Source: Candidatus Hadarchaeum sp. (GTDB lineage Archaea; Hadarchaeota; Hadarchaeia; Hadarchaeales; Hadarchaeaceae). Taken from it: a stretch of DNA of 64,000 nt. A program made the position numbers and the translations under genes. Location of the stretch: contig NZ_JAVZIN010000008.1 of assembly GCF_038871235.1 (NCBI RefSeq), positions 1 to 64,000 of the forward strand, in the 5' to 3' direction. The notes beneath the pieces were generated by a model. It had not been told where the DNA came from. It saw nothing but the letters and a program-made list of their open reading frames with translations, and did not search any database. Numbering within the stretch: position 1 is the stretch's first letter; every line of letters starts with the position of its first letter. Shown here in pieces: positions 8,947 to 19,501 of the stretch.

Positions 8947-9234
8947 ATGGCAGAACAAAAGACCGCCGAGAATGTGGTTTTTATTGGAGTGAAACCAGTG
9001 ATGAACTACGTTTTGGCAGTAATCACACAGTTCAACCAGGGCATCAACGAAATTACCCTCAAGGCACGAGGTAAAGCGATTAGCAGAGCTGTCGATGTCG
9101 CAGAGATCGTCAGAAACAGATTTTTGCCGAACATGGTGGTTCGAAACATTTCAATAGGAACCGAATCCATGCAAGCGGAAGGCGGCACCACAAACGTTTC
9201 AACCATAGAGATAGTGCTCGGAAAGGGGCAATAA
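8947..9234 (+). CDS. albA: DNA/RNA-binding chromatin protein Alba
   Basis: [36 protein letters not shown]; SD AAGGAGG at 8931-8937. Confidence 0.96.
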   Translation: MAEQKTAENVVFIGVKPVMNYVLAVITQFNQGINEITLKARGKAISRAVDVAEIVRNRFLPNMVVRNISIGTESMQAEGGTTNVSTIEIVLGKGQ

Positions 9235-9328
9235 ACTCTTTCCGTGCCTTTTTATTTTTTTACCCAAATCTCCACAGCTAAGCGTGTTTTATTTGAATTA
9301 ATTTAAAAGGTAAGGAGACTAATCACTA

Positions 9329-9841
9329 TTGATCAGCTTGCAGACGCCGATTTGCAAAATATGCTTGAAGAGCGGCATCCTCTGCCAAGGCTGTAGCCAG
9401 AAACTTAAAGAGGGAAAGATATCAAAATTAGAACTCAACATCTCGCTGGCTCTTTTCGAACTTTCAAAGAAACATAAAGAACTGGATCAACTGATTTTCA
9501 AACGCGCGGTCGATTCCGATGGATTGATCATTCTGGTGGTTGGGGCCGGACAGATACCACTTCTCATCGGAAGGAGAGGCAGGATAGTTCAAGAACTTGA
9601 AAACATCCTGAAAAGTAAGGTTCGGATAGTTGAAGAAGGATCAACGGAGAAAAAACTTATTCAGGACCTTTTAACGCCCGCCGATGTGCTCGGAATTAAC
9701 ATCCTCTATACCAAATCCGGAGATGAATACAGGGTCAGGGTGCCACGACAACACATGCGGCGTTTGCCAAAAAACAAGGAAAAACTTGAAGCAGCTCTGA
9801 GCAAGCTAACTAATAAAAACTACACTATAATATTCGAGTAG
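9329..9841 (+). CDS. Archaeal NusA-like KH-domain protein with N-terminal Cys cluster
   Basis: PICKICLKSGILCQGC; KH motif LIGRRG. Confidence 0.78.
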   Translation: MISLQTPICKICLKSGILCQGCSQKLKEGKISKLELNISLALFELSKKHKELDQLIFKRAVDSDGLIILVVGAGQIPLLIGRRGRIVQELENILKSKVRIVEEGSTEKKLIQDLLTPADVLGINILYTKSGDEYRVRVPRQHMRRLPKNKEKLEAALSKLTNKNYTIIFE

Positions 9842-9848
9842 TGATTTT

Positions 9849-11162
9849 ATGCAGCTCGATGATCTTGGCAACTGGAGGCGCACTCATAAATCCAACGAGA
9901 TACGCGAGGAACTAGATGGCCAAGAGGTCATCCTAATGGGGAGGGTCGGTGACATCCGTGACCTAGGTGGAATCAAGTTCTTAATCCTGCACGACATCAG
10001 TGGCTCAGTCCAAATTACGGCGACAAGAAAAAAAACTGATCCTAAAATACTTTCAAAGCTGGATGCCCTTACACAGGAGTCCTCGGTTGCCATCAAGGGA
10101 AAAGTCGTTAGAGGTAAACAAGCGCCTCGAGGTGTCGAGGTCGTCCCATCCGAAATCAGAATACTCAACTTGGCCTCCACGCCACTACCTCTAGACCCAA
10201 GCGGCAAAGTTAAGGCCAACCTAGATACTCGGCTCGATGCCAGAGGGCTAGACCTTCGTAGGTCGGAAGCAATTGCGATCTTCAAGATTCGCAACCAGGC
10301 GCTGCAGACGATCAGGGAATATTTGATATCGCAAGAATTCATCGAGGTCCAGACCCCAAAAATCGTGGCCACCGCGACGGAAAGCGGTGCTGCTCTTTTC
10401 CCCATATCTTATTTCGAAAAAGAGGCCTTTCTGAGCCAGAGCCCCCAGCTTTATAAAGAGGTGCTAACTGGAGCATTTGAAAGGGTTTTTGAAGTTGGGC
10501 CAATCTTCCGGGCTGAGGAACATGACACTCCGAGGCACCTTAACGAGGCGACCTCAATAGACATTGAGGCTGCATACATGACCGCCGATGACGTGATGAA
10601 AATACTGGAGGAATTAGTCTGGCGGGCTTTTGACAGCGTGAAGAGGAACTGTGCCGAGGAGCTTAAGGTGCTTAACCATCATTTGGAGACCCCAAAGAAA
10701 CCCTTCCCACGCATTACCTATGATGAAGCACTTGCGAAACTAAGCCAAGAGGGAGTTGTGCTAAACTGGGGCGATGATTTACCCACGCCTGCGGAAAAGA
10801 AGCTGGCTGAAATTGTCGGGGGCGCCTTTTTCATTGTCGACTGGCCGCTCACCGTGAAACCCTTTTACACCATGCCAAAGGGCGACAAACTGAGCGACGC
10901 CTTTGATCTCATGTACGGGGAATTGGAACTGGCCTCCGGAGGCTCGCGCATTCATTCGGAAGAAATGCTAATAAAACAAATGAAGGAAAAAGGGCTGAAC
11001 CCGGAGAATTTTGAATCACATCTTTTAAATTATCGCTACGGGTTGCCACCCCACGCCGGCTTTGGACTCGGACTTGACCGATTGACAATGGTCCTGACCG
11101 GTGCCGAAAACATTCGGGAAGTCGTGCTGTTTCCGCGGGATAGAAAGAGAATAACACCTTAA
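9849..11162 (+). CDS. aspS: Aspartate--tRNA ligase (archaeal type)
   Basis: OB anticodon domain, LSQSPQLYKE, FRAE, PPHAGFGLGLDR, FPRDRKR. Confidence 0.96.
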   Translation: MQLDDLGNWRRTHKSNEIREELDGQEVILMGRVGDIRDLGGIKFLILHDISGSVQITATRKKTDPKILSKLDALTQESSVAIKGKVVRGKQAPRGVEVVPSEIRILNLASTPLPLDPSGKVKANLDTRLDARGLDLRRSEAIAIFKIRNQALQTIREYLISQEFIEVQTPKIVATATESGAALFPISYFEKEAFLSQSPQLYKEVLTGAFERVFEVGPIFRAEEHDTPRHLNEATSIDIEAAYMTADDVMKILEELVWRAFDSVKRNCAEELKVLNHHLETPKKPFPRITYDEALAKLSQEGVVLNWGDDLPTPAEKKLAEIVGGAFFIVDWPLTVKPFYTMPKGDKLSDAFDLMYGELELASGGSRIHSEEMLIKQMKEKGLNPENFESHLLNYRYGLPPHAGFGLGLDRLTMVLTGAENIREVVLFPRDRKRITP

Positions 11163-11163
11163 A

Positions 11164-11244
11164 CAGGGCTATTTCCCCTTGATTTACCTTGACCTGTGGA
11201 AATTGCCCTGATGCCACGGCCTACGAGACCCTGCCGGCCATGGC
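11164..11244. other. Two adjacent GC-rich stem-loops in the aspS-trmI spacer (candidate small RNA)
   Basis: CAGGGCTATTTCC 11164-11176 / GGAAATTGCCCTG 11198-11210; GCCACGGCC 11213-11221 / GGCCATGGC 11236-11244. Confidence 0.45.
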
Positions 11245-11312
11245 CCTAAAACAGAAGTTGGACCATCAGAAAGAATTAACAATTAAAAGAAAACAGTTTC
11301 TTGTGAAAATGT

Positions 11313-12068
11313 ATGATATCCGAAGGCGAGCGAATAATTCTAATCGACGAAGAAGGCAGAAAATACTTGGTCCAGGCCAGCCGACAAAAACATCACACTA
11401 AATTTGGTGTGATTGACTTAGCCGAAACAATCGGGAAAGAACCGGGAACCCGGTTAAAATCCCATCTTGGTAAGGATTTTATAGTGCTCCGACCTTCAAT
11501 TGTGGATTTCCTGCAAAAGCTACGCCGGGTTCCACAGATCATGCTACCCAAAGATGCCGGACAGATAGTCGCCCATACTGGAGTTGGTCCTGGTAGCAGG
11601 GTGGTCGACGCTGGAGCTGGCTCTGGGGCGCTATCCATTTTTTTAGGCAACTTGGTGAAGCCAAACGGATGGGTTATAAGCTACGAGGTGCGGGAAGATT
11701 TCGCCAAAATAGCTGAGGAAAACATCAGAATGGCGGGGCTCAGCGACATCGTGAAGGTAAAAAACAAGGATATTTATCAGGGTATTGATGAAAGCGAGCT
11801 GGATCTGATCACACTGGACCTTCCACAGCCAGAGCTGGTGCTTCCTCACGCCCACCGAGCTCTGAAACCGGGCGGATATCTCGCTGCCTTCACGCCTTGT
11901 GTAGAACATCTGCAAAGACTATACCGGGAATTTGCTAAATTTAGCTTCACCAACATCAGCACGATCGAGTGTCTTGTCAGAGAAATAGAAGTAAAAGCTA
12001 ACTGCACCAGACCAAGCACACGTATGATCGCCCACACGGGTTATCTGACGTTCGCGAGACGCATTTAA
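11313..12068 (+). CDS. trmI: tRNA (adenine-N1)-methyltransferase TrmI
   Basis: PQIMLPKD, DAGAGSG, LDLPQP, TRPSTRMIAHTGYL. Confidence 0.93.
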   Translation: MISEGERIILIDEEGRKYLVQASRQKHHTKFGVIDLAETIGKEPGTRLKSHLGKDFIVLRPSIVDFLQKLRRVPQIMLPKDAGQIVAHTGVGPGSRVVDAGAGSGALSIFLGNLVKPNGWVISYEVREDFAKIAEENIRMAGLSDIVKVKNKDIYQGIDESELDLITLDLPQPELVLPHAHRALKPGGYLAAFTPCVEHLQRLYREFAKFSFTNISTIECLVREIEVKANCTRPSTRMIAHTGYLTFARRI

Positions 12069-12114
12069 TCAAACACAACCTATGGTTTTCGGCAAATCCT
12101 AGGAAAATTTTCCA

Positions 12115-12507
12115 TCAGACTTTCTTGAACTTGAAACCATAGTAAATGACTCCATCTTCATTATCGGAGCCTATGCGCCGAAAAGTCAATTCCACTTCAT
12201 CTCCTATTTTCACATCATTGGGGTCGCAATCCACCACCTGCGTCGTGAGCCTAGGACCATCCTCAAGCTCCACTATGGCTAGAACGTAGGGGACCTGATC
12301 CTCAAAACCCTCCGGGGCCACATGGACCACACCATAAGAGATTATTTTGCCCCGGCGGCTCAGCCTGTAGGGCTCAAGTTTTCCCATCCTGCGGCACTGC
12401 GGGCAGATGTAGCGCGGAGGAAAGAAGACCTTGTTGCAGTTGCCACACCTGGTACCGATGAGATTATACCTATTTGGAATTTCCCTCCAGAATCGCGGCG
12501 CGGCCAC
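12115..12507 (-). CDS. DUF35 Zn-ribbon/OB-fold scaffold of the thiolase-HMGCS complex
   Basis: CGNC..FPPR..CPQC, YGFKF; follows thiolase. Confidence 0.92.
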   Translation of the reverse strand: MAAPRFWREIPNRYNLIGTRCGNCNKVFFPPRYICPQCRRMGKLEPYRLSRRGKIISYGVVHVAPEGFEDQVPYVLAIVELEDGPRLTTQVVDCDPNDVKIGDEVELTFRRIGSDNEDGVIYYGFKFKKV

Positions 12508-13674
12508 TCAATCACCCCTTTTGAAGATATGAACCACCGCGGTGCCACCGGTCCCGCCCACGTTATGCGTCAGACCTATCTCGGCACCTTTAACCTGTCG
12601 CTTTCCCGCCTCCCCGCGCAGCTGGTGAACTATCTCCACAACTTGGGCGATCCCAGTAGCTCCAACTGGATGGCCCTTACCCTTGAGGCCTCCGCTGGTG
12701 TTTATCGGAATCTTCCCACCTATCTCAGTCTGCCCTTCTTCTGTCAGCTTTCCTCCCTCGCCCTTTTTACAAAAACCGAGATCCTCTATCGCCATGATCT
12801 CCGCTATGGTAAAGCAGTCGTGGACTTCTGCCACATCAATATCATCCGGCCCGACCCTAGCCATCCGGTAGGCCATCCTAGCCGCCTCAGTAGTGGCCCT
12901 CAAACCAGTAAGAGACTGCCGACTGTGGAGGGATATTGTATCACTGGCCTGTCCCGTGCCTGCAACAATTACGGGTACCCTATCCATCTTCCGCGCCTTC
13001 TCAGCAGGTGCCACAACTACACAGGCCGCGCCATCGGTGATTGGCGAACAATCCAACAGTTTAAGGGGGAGAACCACAGGAGGGGATCTCAGAACATTCT
13101 CAACTGTGATTCTCATATGATACTGGGCGCAAGGATTCATACAAGCATTGCTGTGGTTCTTGACCGCCACCATTGCCATCTGCTCCTCGGTCGTGCCAAA
13201 TTCATACATGTGGCGGCGGGCCATTAGCGCGTAAAGTCCGGGAAAAGTCCCCCCGGCGTAAACCTCCCATTCTTGGTCGGCCGCCGTTGCTAAGGCACCA
13301 GTGGCCTGCTCGGTCATGACATCAGTCATTTTCTCGATGCCTGCGGCCACGACATAATCATGAACCCCTGAGGCAACTGAAATGACCGCCTGTCGCAGGG
13401 CCAAACCACCAGAAGCACAGGCCGCCTCAACTCTGGTGGCCGGTATTGGCACCAAGCCAGCATGATCGGCGATTAACGAGGCAATGTGCTCCTGACAGAT
13501 GAATTGCCCGGCTGACATGTTTCCGATGTACATGGCGTCTATCTGCTTGCCATCGATATTGGCATCCTCTAAGGCCCGGGCTCCGGCCTCAATAATCATC
13601 TGACGGAAAGAGAGGTCCCAGAGTTCACCGAACTTGGTTATCCCAACGCCAATTATAGCCACATCGCGCATCAT
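12508..13674 (-). CDS. Acetoacetyl-CoA thiolase (archaeal)
   Basis: [21 protein letters not shown]. Confidence 0.95.
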   Translation of the reverse strand: MMRDVAIIGVGITKFGELWDLSFRQMIIEAGARALEDANIDGKQIDAMYIGNMSAGQFICQEHIASLIADHAGLVPIPATRVEAACASGGLALRQAVISVASGVHDYVVAAGIEKMTDVMTEQATGALATAADQEWEVYAGGTFPGLYALMARRHMYEFGTTEEQMAMVAVKNHSNACMNPCAQYHMRITVENVLRSPPVVLPLKLLDCSPITDGAACVVVAPAEKARKMDRVPVIVAGTGQASDTISLHSRQSLTGLRATTEAARMAYRMARVGPDDIDVAEVHDCFTIAEIMAIEDLGFCKKGEGGKLTEEGQTEIGGKIPINTSGGLKGKGHPVGATGIAQVVEIVHQLRGEAGKRQVKGAEIGLTHNVGGTGGTAVVHIFKRGD

Positions 13675-14717
13675 CTCACCAAAAGGCCTTTGTACTTGGC
13701 ATATGTTGAGTAATCAATGTAAATCTTATCGTTGAGAAATTGCTCTACCTTAGGTGCCAAGTCACGTTTTTCCTCTATCGCCTCCTTAACCCGAATGCTA
13801 AAGGCATCACTTCCGGCACCTGAACCGTATGAAACGACCAAAATCCTGTCGCCGGGTTTGGCTTTGTCAAGAACTGCCGCCAGACCTATCATCGTGGACC
13901 CTGAATAAGTATTGCCTATTTTAGGGACAACAAGTCCACAGGTTATCTGCGCCTTGGAAAATCCGAGTTCTTCGGCTACCTGATAGGGGAACTTTCCATT
14001 GGGTTGATGAAAAACAGCGTGGGTAAAGTCCTGTGGTGTGAGTTTCAGCTGACGAAGAATGCCGTGAGCGGCTGAAACAACATGCTTGAAATAAGCTGGC
14101 TTTCCTGTGAATCTTCCACCATGCTTAGGATAAGGTCGCATCTCCCGGCGCCAAAAATCCGGTGTGTCTGTGGTGTATGAATAGGTTCCCTCTATCTCCG
14201 CCAACGCTTCACCGTCATTCTTTCCGATGATCACCGCACCGCCTCCGGCAGCGGCCGTATATTCTAAGGCGTCTCCTGGAGCCGCTTGTGCCGTATCGGC
14301 TCCTATAGAAATCCCGTATTTTATCTGCCCCATCTCAACCAAACCGGCGCAGGCTTGGATCCCAGCCGTCCCGGCCTTGCAGGCAAACTCCATATCGGCC
14401 GCGGTGAGGTTCGGAGTGGCCTCAATGGCCTCGGCTACTATGGTCGCGGTGGGCTTTACTGCGTAGGGGTGTGACTCCGACCCGACGTAAACAGCCCCGA
14501 TATCTTGGGGATTTATCCTCGCCCTTCTCACCGCGTTCCGAGCCGACTCGACTGATATAGTCGCAGTATCCTCATCGGGTGCAGGAACAGACTTTTCTTC
14601 CACCATCAAACTCTGCTTAACCCTGAAAGGATCCTCACCCCAAACCTTGGCAATATCGTCCAGCCGGATGCGGTACCTCGGTATGTAAACACCATAGCCC
14701 ACTATGCCAACATTCAC
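13671..14717 (-). CDS. Hydroxymethylglutaryl-CoA synthase
   Basis: [36 protein letters not shown]. Confidence 0.95.
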   Translation of the reverse strand: MNVGIVGYGVYIPRYRIRLDDIAKVWGEDPFRVKQSLMVEEKSVPAPDEDTATISVESARNAVRRARINPQDIGAVYVGSESHPYAVKPTATIVAEAIEATPNLTAADMEFACKAGTAGIQACAGLVEMGQIKYGISIGADTAQAAPGDALEYTAAAGGGAVIIGKNDGEALAEIEGTYSYTTDTPDFWRREMRPYPKHGGRFTGKPAYFKHVVSAAHGILRQLKLTPQDFTHAVFHQPNGKFPYQVAEELGFSKAQITCGLVVPKIGNTYSGSTMIGLAAVLDKAKPGDRILVVSYGSGAGSDAFSIRVKEAIEEKRDLAPKVEQFLNDKIYIDYSTYAKYKGLLVR

Positions 14718-14824
14718 CCTGAATCACCCGATTCCATCCCATTCTTTTTTACCCTGATTTAACCGTTTAAAAAGCTTTTGTTTGTCGTTAAAAACAACGT
14801 CATTTGTCGTAAAAATTTAAAATT

Positions 14825-15550
14825 TCAGGGGGAGCATTTTCTTAGTTCTGAGAGCAGCTCATTAACGGTTGGAACCTTTGCTACAACAAGGGGTAGTTTA
14901 AGTATCTCCGCAATTTTTACGCCGACTTCATCTACTGCCTTTAAATCGCCGTGGAGAACCACCATGCCCGGAGTTATCCCAATAACCTTGACCGCCACCA
15001 AAGGTGACCGCCCTGTGGTCACGCCGGTGAAAACAAGGGCGCGCTCAGTAGTCAGGCCGTAGAGGCGCCTGAAATCGTCGGCCGAAAGGGCCAGTATCGC
15101 CTTATGGCTATCGATAACTGTGTAGCCGAAGATCTTTCTATCCAAGAGGTCCTTGTTTGCCACCACCTCCCCCGCCACGGCCTTGACTATTGCCCTGCCG
15201 TCAACTGGTATGGTATACTCTCTGATTTCAAGGACAACGTCTGGAGGTAACTGGGTGCCAAAAACTTGAGAAAAAACATGAAACATTTTTCCGCCGTGTT
15301 GCTCGTCGACCTCCAGCAGCGCTTCAACGATCCTCTTTATAGTTGCAGCCCCGGGAGATTTTCTTCTACCGGCTTCGTAGTCACTAATGACTGAAGGGGA
15401 AACCCGCATCACCTTGGCTAAAGCGGGCTGGTTGACGCCGAACCTCTCCCGCCACAGTTTAATGGCCAGTCCGGGTGAATCCGACAGAGTGATGTCGCCG
15501 GCTATCCAGCGGGCAATCCTGTCCCTAACTTCTTCGGCCATAAAATTCAA
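14825..15550 (-). CDS. Xre-type HTH regulator typically linked to the archaeal HMGCS operon
   Basis: SPSVISDYEAGRRKSPG; RALVFTGVTTGRSP. Confidence 0.85.
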   Translation of the reverse strand: MNFMAEEVRDRIARWIAGDITLSDSPGLAIKLWRERFGVNQPALAKVMRVSPSVISDYEAGRRKSPGAATIKRIVEALLEVDEQHGGKMFHVFSQVFGTQLPPDVVLEIREYTIPVDGRAIVKAVAGEVVANKDLLDRKIFGYTVIDSHKAILALSADDFRRLYGLTTERALVFTGVTTGRSPLVAVKVIGITPGMVVLHGDLKAVDEVGVKIAEILKLPLVVAKVPTVNELLSELRKCSP

Positions 15551-15580
15551 CTGATTTTAATAGGTGTAAACTTTTAAAGA

Positions 15581-16150
15581 CTAAGGCTTCACAGCCAACT
15601 TGAAAACATCGGCTTTGGTGATTATCCCGGCCGGTTTTCCGTGATCCATGACTAAGATTGCTGGTGCATGCTCAAGAATCGAGTAGACTATACCCACGTC
15701 GGCATCCTTGGGGACTGTGGGAAAAGGTTTATCCATTATCTCACCCACATTGCGGCGCAGAAGTCTGGACATATTCTCCCCTGAAGCGATTCTCTGTACA
15801 ACGCTGGTCTCAGAAATGGAACCAACTTGAACATCCCGATCTAGAACAGGCAACTGGGAGATGTCGTGAGCTTTCATCGTCTTGATGGCCGTTGCCACCT
15901 TGTCGCTGGGTCTGGTGAAAACGATCGGGGTTGACATGATTCGTTCAACCAAAATCTGCTTTGTCGGCGCGCTCGCCTGCTCCAGCACCTTCGATATTCT
16001 CTCCAAGGTTGAAAATCTAGGATCCGCCTTTCCCGACTCTATTTTGGCTATGTAGGCCTGAGTGACGCCCGCCAATTTGGCCAGCTTCGACTGGCTGAAC
16101 CCTAGGCGCATTCTCATGGCTCTGACTTCAGACGGCTTGATGATGCCCAT
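15581..16150 (-). CDS. HTH + CBS-pair transcriptional regulator
   Basis: SQSKLAKLAGVTQAYIAKIESG; ISQLPV; GIITKAD. Confidence 0.9.
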   Translation of the reverse strand: MGIIKPSEVRAMRMRLGFSQSKLAKLAGVTQAYIAKIESGKADPRFSTLERISKVLEQASAPTKQILVERIMSTPIVFTRPSDKVATAIKTMKAHDISQLPVLDRDVQVGSISETSVVQRIASGENMSRLLRRNVGEIMDKPFPTVPKDADVGIVYSILEHAPAILVMDHGKPAGIITKADVFKLAVKP

Positions 16151-16239
16151 ACAAACCCTTCATTCCTATGAGTTATATTATCTGAGAAACCTATAAATAT
16201 AAACGTGACCTGTTAAAATCTAAATTCACGGGGCATGAC

Positions 16240-17451
16240 TTGATGAGAAATATAATTGTTGAGGAAATCAAACAGGTACCGCTCGTGGAGCAAAACTTGG
16301 AAATAGTTGAAAGGAAGGGAATTGGGCATCCGGACTCGATTTGCGACTCTATACTTGACCGTGTTTCGGTTGAACTATGTCAAGAATACCTGAAAAGATT
16401 CGGCGCCATCATGCACCACAACACCGACAAGTCCCTTCTAGTGGCGGGGAAGGTGGAAACGAGGTTTGGCGGGGGCGAGGTTAAGGAGCCCATGCTTTTG
16501 ATCTTCGGCGACCGGGCCACCGATGAGGTTGAAGGCGAAAAAATAGATGTGGCCAAAATAGCGATTGACGCGGCAAAAAAATGGATCAAGAAAAACCTCA
16601 GATACGTTGACCCTGACAAACACATGCGCTATCAGGTGGAATTAAAACCGGGTTCGGCGGCATTAACGGATATCTTCAGGAGGAAGGGAAAAGTCCTCAG
16701 TGCCAATGACACCTCGGCAGCGGTTGGCTATGCTCCCATGACTCCAACCGAGGAGATAGTTCTCAAAACAGAACACTATTTGAACTCAAAAAAATTCAAA
16801 AAAGAATTCCCGGAATCCGGTGAAGACATTAAAGTGATGGGGTTCCGAAAAAACAACGATCTATCACTGATGATCGGAATGGCCTTTGTCGACCGTCACG
16901 TCAAGGACGAGAAAGATTACTTCAGGAAAAAGGAGGAAATCTTAGAGAGGACCCGTCATTTTGTGGAAGAAAACTCAAACTTTGAAAGGGTGGATCTCAA
17001 GCTCAACACACTCGATACTAGAGGAAGAGGAGTAGATGGAGTTTACCTTACCGTTCTAGGTACGAGCGCCGATGGCGCCGACTCAGGCCAAGTCGGCAGG
17101 GGCAACCGGAGCAACGGTGTCATCCCATTAAACAGACACGTTGGATCAGAAGCTGCGGCTGGGAAAAATCCGGTAAGCCACGTCGGTAAAATCTACAACC
17201 TTCTGACGCACAAAATAGCCAGCGAGATTTACCGCGAGGTTAATGGGCTGAAAGAGGTCTACGTTTGGCTCGTAAGCCAGATAGGAAGCCCCATCGACCA
17301 GCCCGCGATAGCTGCGGCAAGGGTTCTCACCGAGCCGGGCGTTAAACTGGACGACGTGAAAAAACAAATCTCTGAAACTATTGAGAGGGAACTGGAAAAA
17401 ATTGACGAGTTCACCAAATGTCTCTCCAGAGGGGAGTTCCCCGTCTGTTAA
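16240..17451 (+). CDS. mat: S-adenosylmethionine synthetase (archaeal)
   Basis: ERKGIGHPDSICD, ANDTS, GEDIKVM, AGKNPVSHVGKIY. Confidence 0.96.
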   Translation: MMRNIIVEEIKQVPLVEQNLEIVERKGIGHPDSICDSILDRVSVELCQEYLKRFGAIMHHNTDKSLLVAGKVETRFGGGEVKEPMLLIFGDRATDEVEGEKIDVAKIAIDAAKKWIKKNLRYVDPDKHMRYQVELKPGSAALTDIFRRKGKVLSANDTSAAVGYAPMTPTEEIVLKTEHYLNSKKFKKEFPESGEDIKVMGFRKNNDLSLMIGMAFVDRHVKDEKDYFRKKEEILERTRHFVEENSNFERVDLKLNTLDTRGRGVDGVYLTVLGTSADGADSGQVGRGNRSNGVIPLNRHVGSEAAAGKNPVSHVGKIYNLLTHKIASEIYREVNGLKEVYVWLVSQIGSPIDQPAIAAARVLTEPGVKLDDVKKQISETIERELEKIDEFTKCLSRGEFPVC

Positions 17452-17502
17452 AAACAGGCAAAAAATTTTTGCCCCGCCGAACTCTTAAGATATGGTGATT
17501 AC

Positions 17503-19017
17503 ATTTTTCAGATACTAAAGCGGGACGGCATGGGTAGGATTGGTAGGGTCTCCACCGTCCACGGAGATTTTACCACACCCACGCTGATGCCAGTCATTGA
17601 TCCCACCGACATTGTCCTGAAACCCAAAGACATGAAGCGAGAGTTCGGCACAGAGCTGATAATAACCAACGCCTACTTAACCATGCTCCATTTCGGAAAA
17701 AATCCCGCATTAAAAATTCATCAGCTCTTGGATTACGACGGTCCGATCATGACTGACAGCGGCGGCTACCAGATCCTTCGCTATGGAAACATTGATGTCC
17801 CGCCGGAGGAGATAGTTGAATACCAAGACTTGATCTCACCCGACATCGCTACCATACTGGATATCCCTACCGGAGTAAATGCCTCACGAGAGTATGCTGC
17901 GGAAACAGTCCGGGTTACGCTTGAAAGGGCAAGACAGGCGGCACAAATTCGATCCAATCCTGAAGTTATGTGGTGTGGTCCCGTTCAAGGCGGCCTCTAT
18001 ACCGACTTGGTGGAGTATTCAGCGAGAGAGATAGGTAAGTTGGATTACCAATTTCACGCAATTGGCAGCCCTGTGGAGTTATTGAACGAGTACAGATACG
18101 CCGAAATCGTGGACCTAGTCATGGCAGCGAAAAGAAATCTTCCGCTCGACCGCCCTGTTCATCTTTTTGGCGCTGGGCACCCGATGATGCTGTCGCTGGC
18201 CGTAGCTATGGGGTGCGATCTCTTCGACTCGGCGGCTTACATCCTCTTCGCGAGGGATGAAAGATACATGACTGCGGAGGGCACGCTACACCTGGATGAG
18301 CTGGTCTTTCTCCCATGCGAGTGCCCGGTGTGCACCAGCACAACCGCTGAGGAGATAAAACGTAAAACTAGGGAGGAAAAAATTAAGTTGCTCGCGCGCC
18401 ATAACCTTCATGTTACCTTCGGCGAGATTCGGAAAATTCGGCAGGCGATAGTTGATGGTAGGTTGTGGGAATATGTCCAGATAAAATGCCGGGCACATCC
18501 TAGTCTCTTGGAAGCGCTCAGGAGATTTATGGACTACAGCGATTTTATAGAGCGGTTTGACCCGGTAACAAAAAAATCAGCTTTTTACTATTCAGGCAAT
18601 GAATCGATCAAACGCCCAGAAGTACTTCGATACAGACAGAAGTTGAAAGACAGATATACGCCACCTCGGCTAGACACCTTGATCATACTCTCGAGGCCAC
18701 GTGAAGACACAAAGGTAGATGTAGAAGGCGCCCACGTTTTGAAGATAGTCCCACCATTTGGAGTCGTCCCTGAGGAACTTGAAGAGATATACCCACTATC
18801 GCAGAATCAAACGCCAAGGAGGCTCGACGCTGAGGCTGCTAGAACCACTGCCGAGTCCTTAGAGAGCTACTTAACAAGCTGGGGAAGCTTTTACCAACAA
18901 GTTATCTTGTTCAATGACAAAAACCTGTGGGGTAATATGTTGATAGAGGCCTGTCATCCTGTGGCTAAAAAGCTGGAAGTAATTCAACTCAACGAAAAAA
19001 ATTTAAATAGATTATGA
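17503..19017 (+). CDS. tgtA: Archaeal tRNA-guanine(15) transglycosylase, no PUA domain; start uncertain (ATT 17503 or ATG 17530)
   Basis: MTDSGGYQ, HLFGAGHP, GCDLFDSA, CECPVC..HN Zn site. Confidence 0.93.
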   Translation: MFQILKRDGMGRIGRVSTVHGDFTTPTLMPVIDPTDIVLKPKDMKREFGTELIITNAYLTMLHFGKNPALKIHQLLDYDGPIMTDSGGYQILRYGNIDVPPEEIVEYQDLISPDIATILDIPTGVNASREYAAETVRVTLERARQAAQIRSNPEVMWCGPVQGGLYTDLVEYSAREIGKLDYQFHAIGSPVELLNEYRYAEIVDLVMAAKRNLPLDRPVHLFGAGHPMMLSLAVAMGCDLFDSAAYILFARDERYMTAEGTLHLDELVFLPCECPVCTSTTAEEIKRKTREEKIKLLARHNLHVTFGEIRKIRQAIVDGRLWEYVQIKCRAHPSLLEALRRFMDYSDFIERFDPVTKKSAFYYSGNESIKRPEVLRYRQKLKDRYTPPRLDTLIILSRPREDTKVDVEGAHVLKIVPPFGVVPEELEEIYPLSQNQTPRRLDAEAARTTAESLESYLTSWGSFYQQVILFNDKNLWGNMLIEACHPVAKKLEVIQLNEKNLNRL

Positions 19018-19052
19018 CAACGAATTTAGCGCGGAGTGGACCGGGATTTTTA

Positions 19053-19493
19053 ATGGACAGCGTGGATCTGAAACTACTGAAGATTCTGGCCGAGGATGCC
19101 CACACACCGCTTCGAAAACTGGGCAGAGAACTAGGTCTTAGTCCCTCTGGCGTGAGGAGAAGAATCAAGCAAATGGAAAAAAATGGTCTGATAATAAAAT
19201 ACTCGGCGGTCATCGATCCGAAAAAATATGGATATGGTGTAACAGCATTCATAAGCGTGGATGCAGACTCACGAGAACTTGGAGAACTGACCAAATCGCT
19301 TTCCCGTCGTCATGAGGTGTGTGAACTTCACAGGACCATAGGAGGTCATGACTTGATGATCAAAGTGAGGGTTAAAGATGTGGACACGCTAAACAAGTTT
19401 GTTGACGATCACATCAGGTGTTTTGATTCGGTGAAGAGCGTGAGAACTACTCTGGCTATGGAAACTATCAAGGAAACTCTTGTCAATCCCTAG
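19053..19493 (+). CDS. Lrp/AsnC family regulator
   Basis: MDSVDLKLLKIL..DA, HTH, C-terminal RAM domain. Confidence 0.92.
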   Translation: MDSVDLKLLKILAEDAHTPLRKLGRELGLSPSGVRRRIKQMEKNGLIIKYSAVIDPKKYGYGVTAFISVDADSRELGELTKSLSRRHEVCELHRTIGGHDLMIKVRVKDVDTLNKFVDDHIRCFDSVKSVRTTLAMETIKETLVNP

Positions 19494-19501
19494 GTGATGG
19501 G

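Noticed and set aside
12322-13227. 301-aa antisense ORF and similar shadow ORFs (e.g. 39942-40691, 6895-7449, 11189-11401)
   Set aside because: They overlap well-supported genes and have no recognisable motifs
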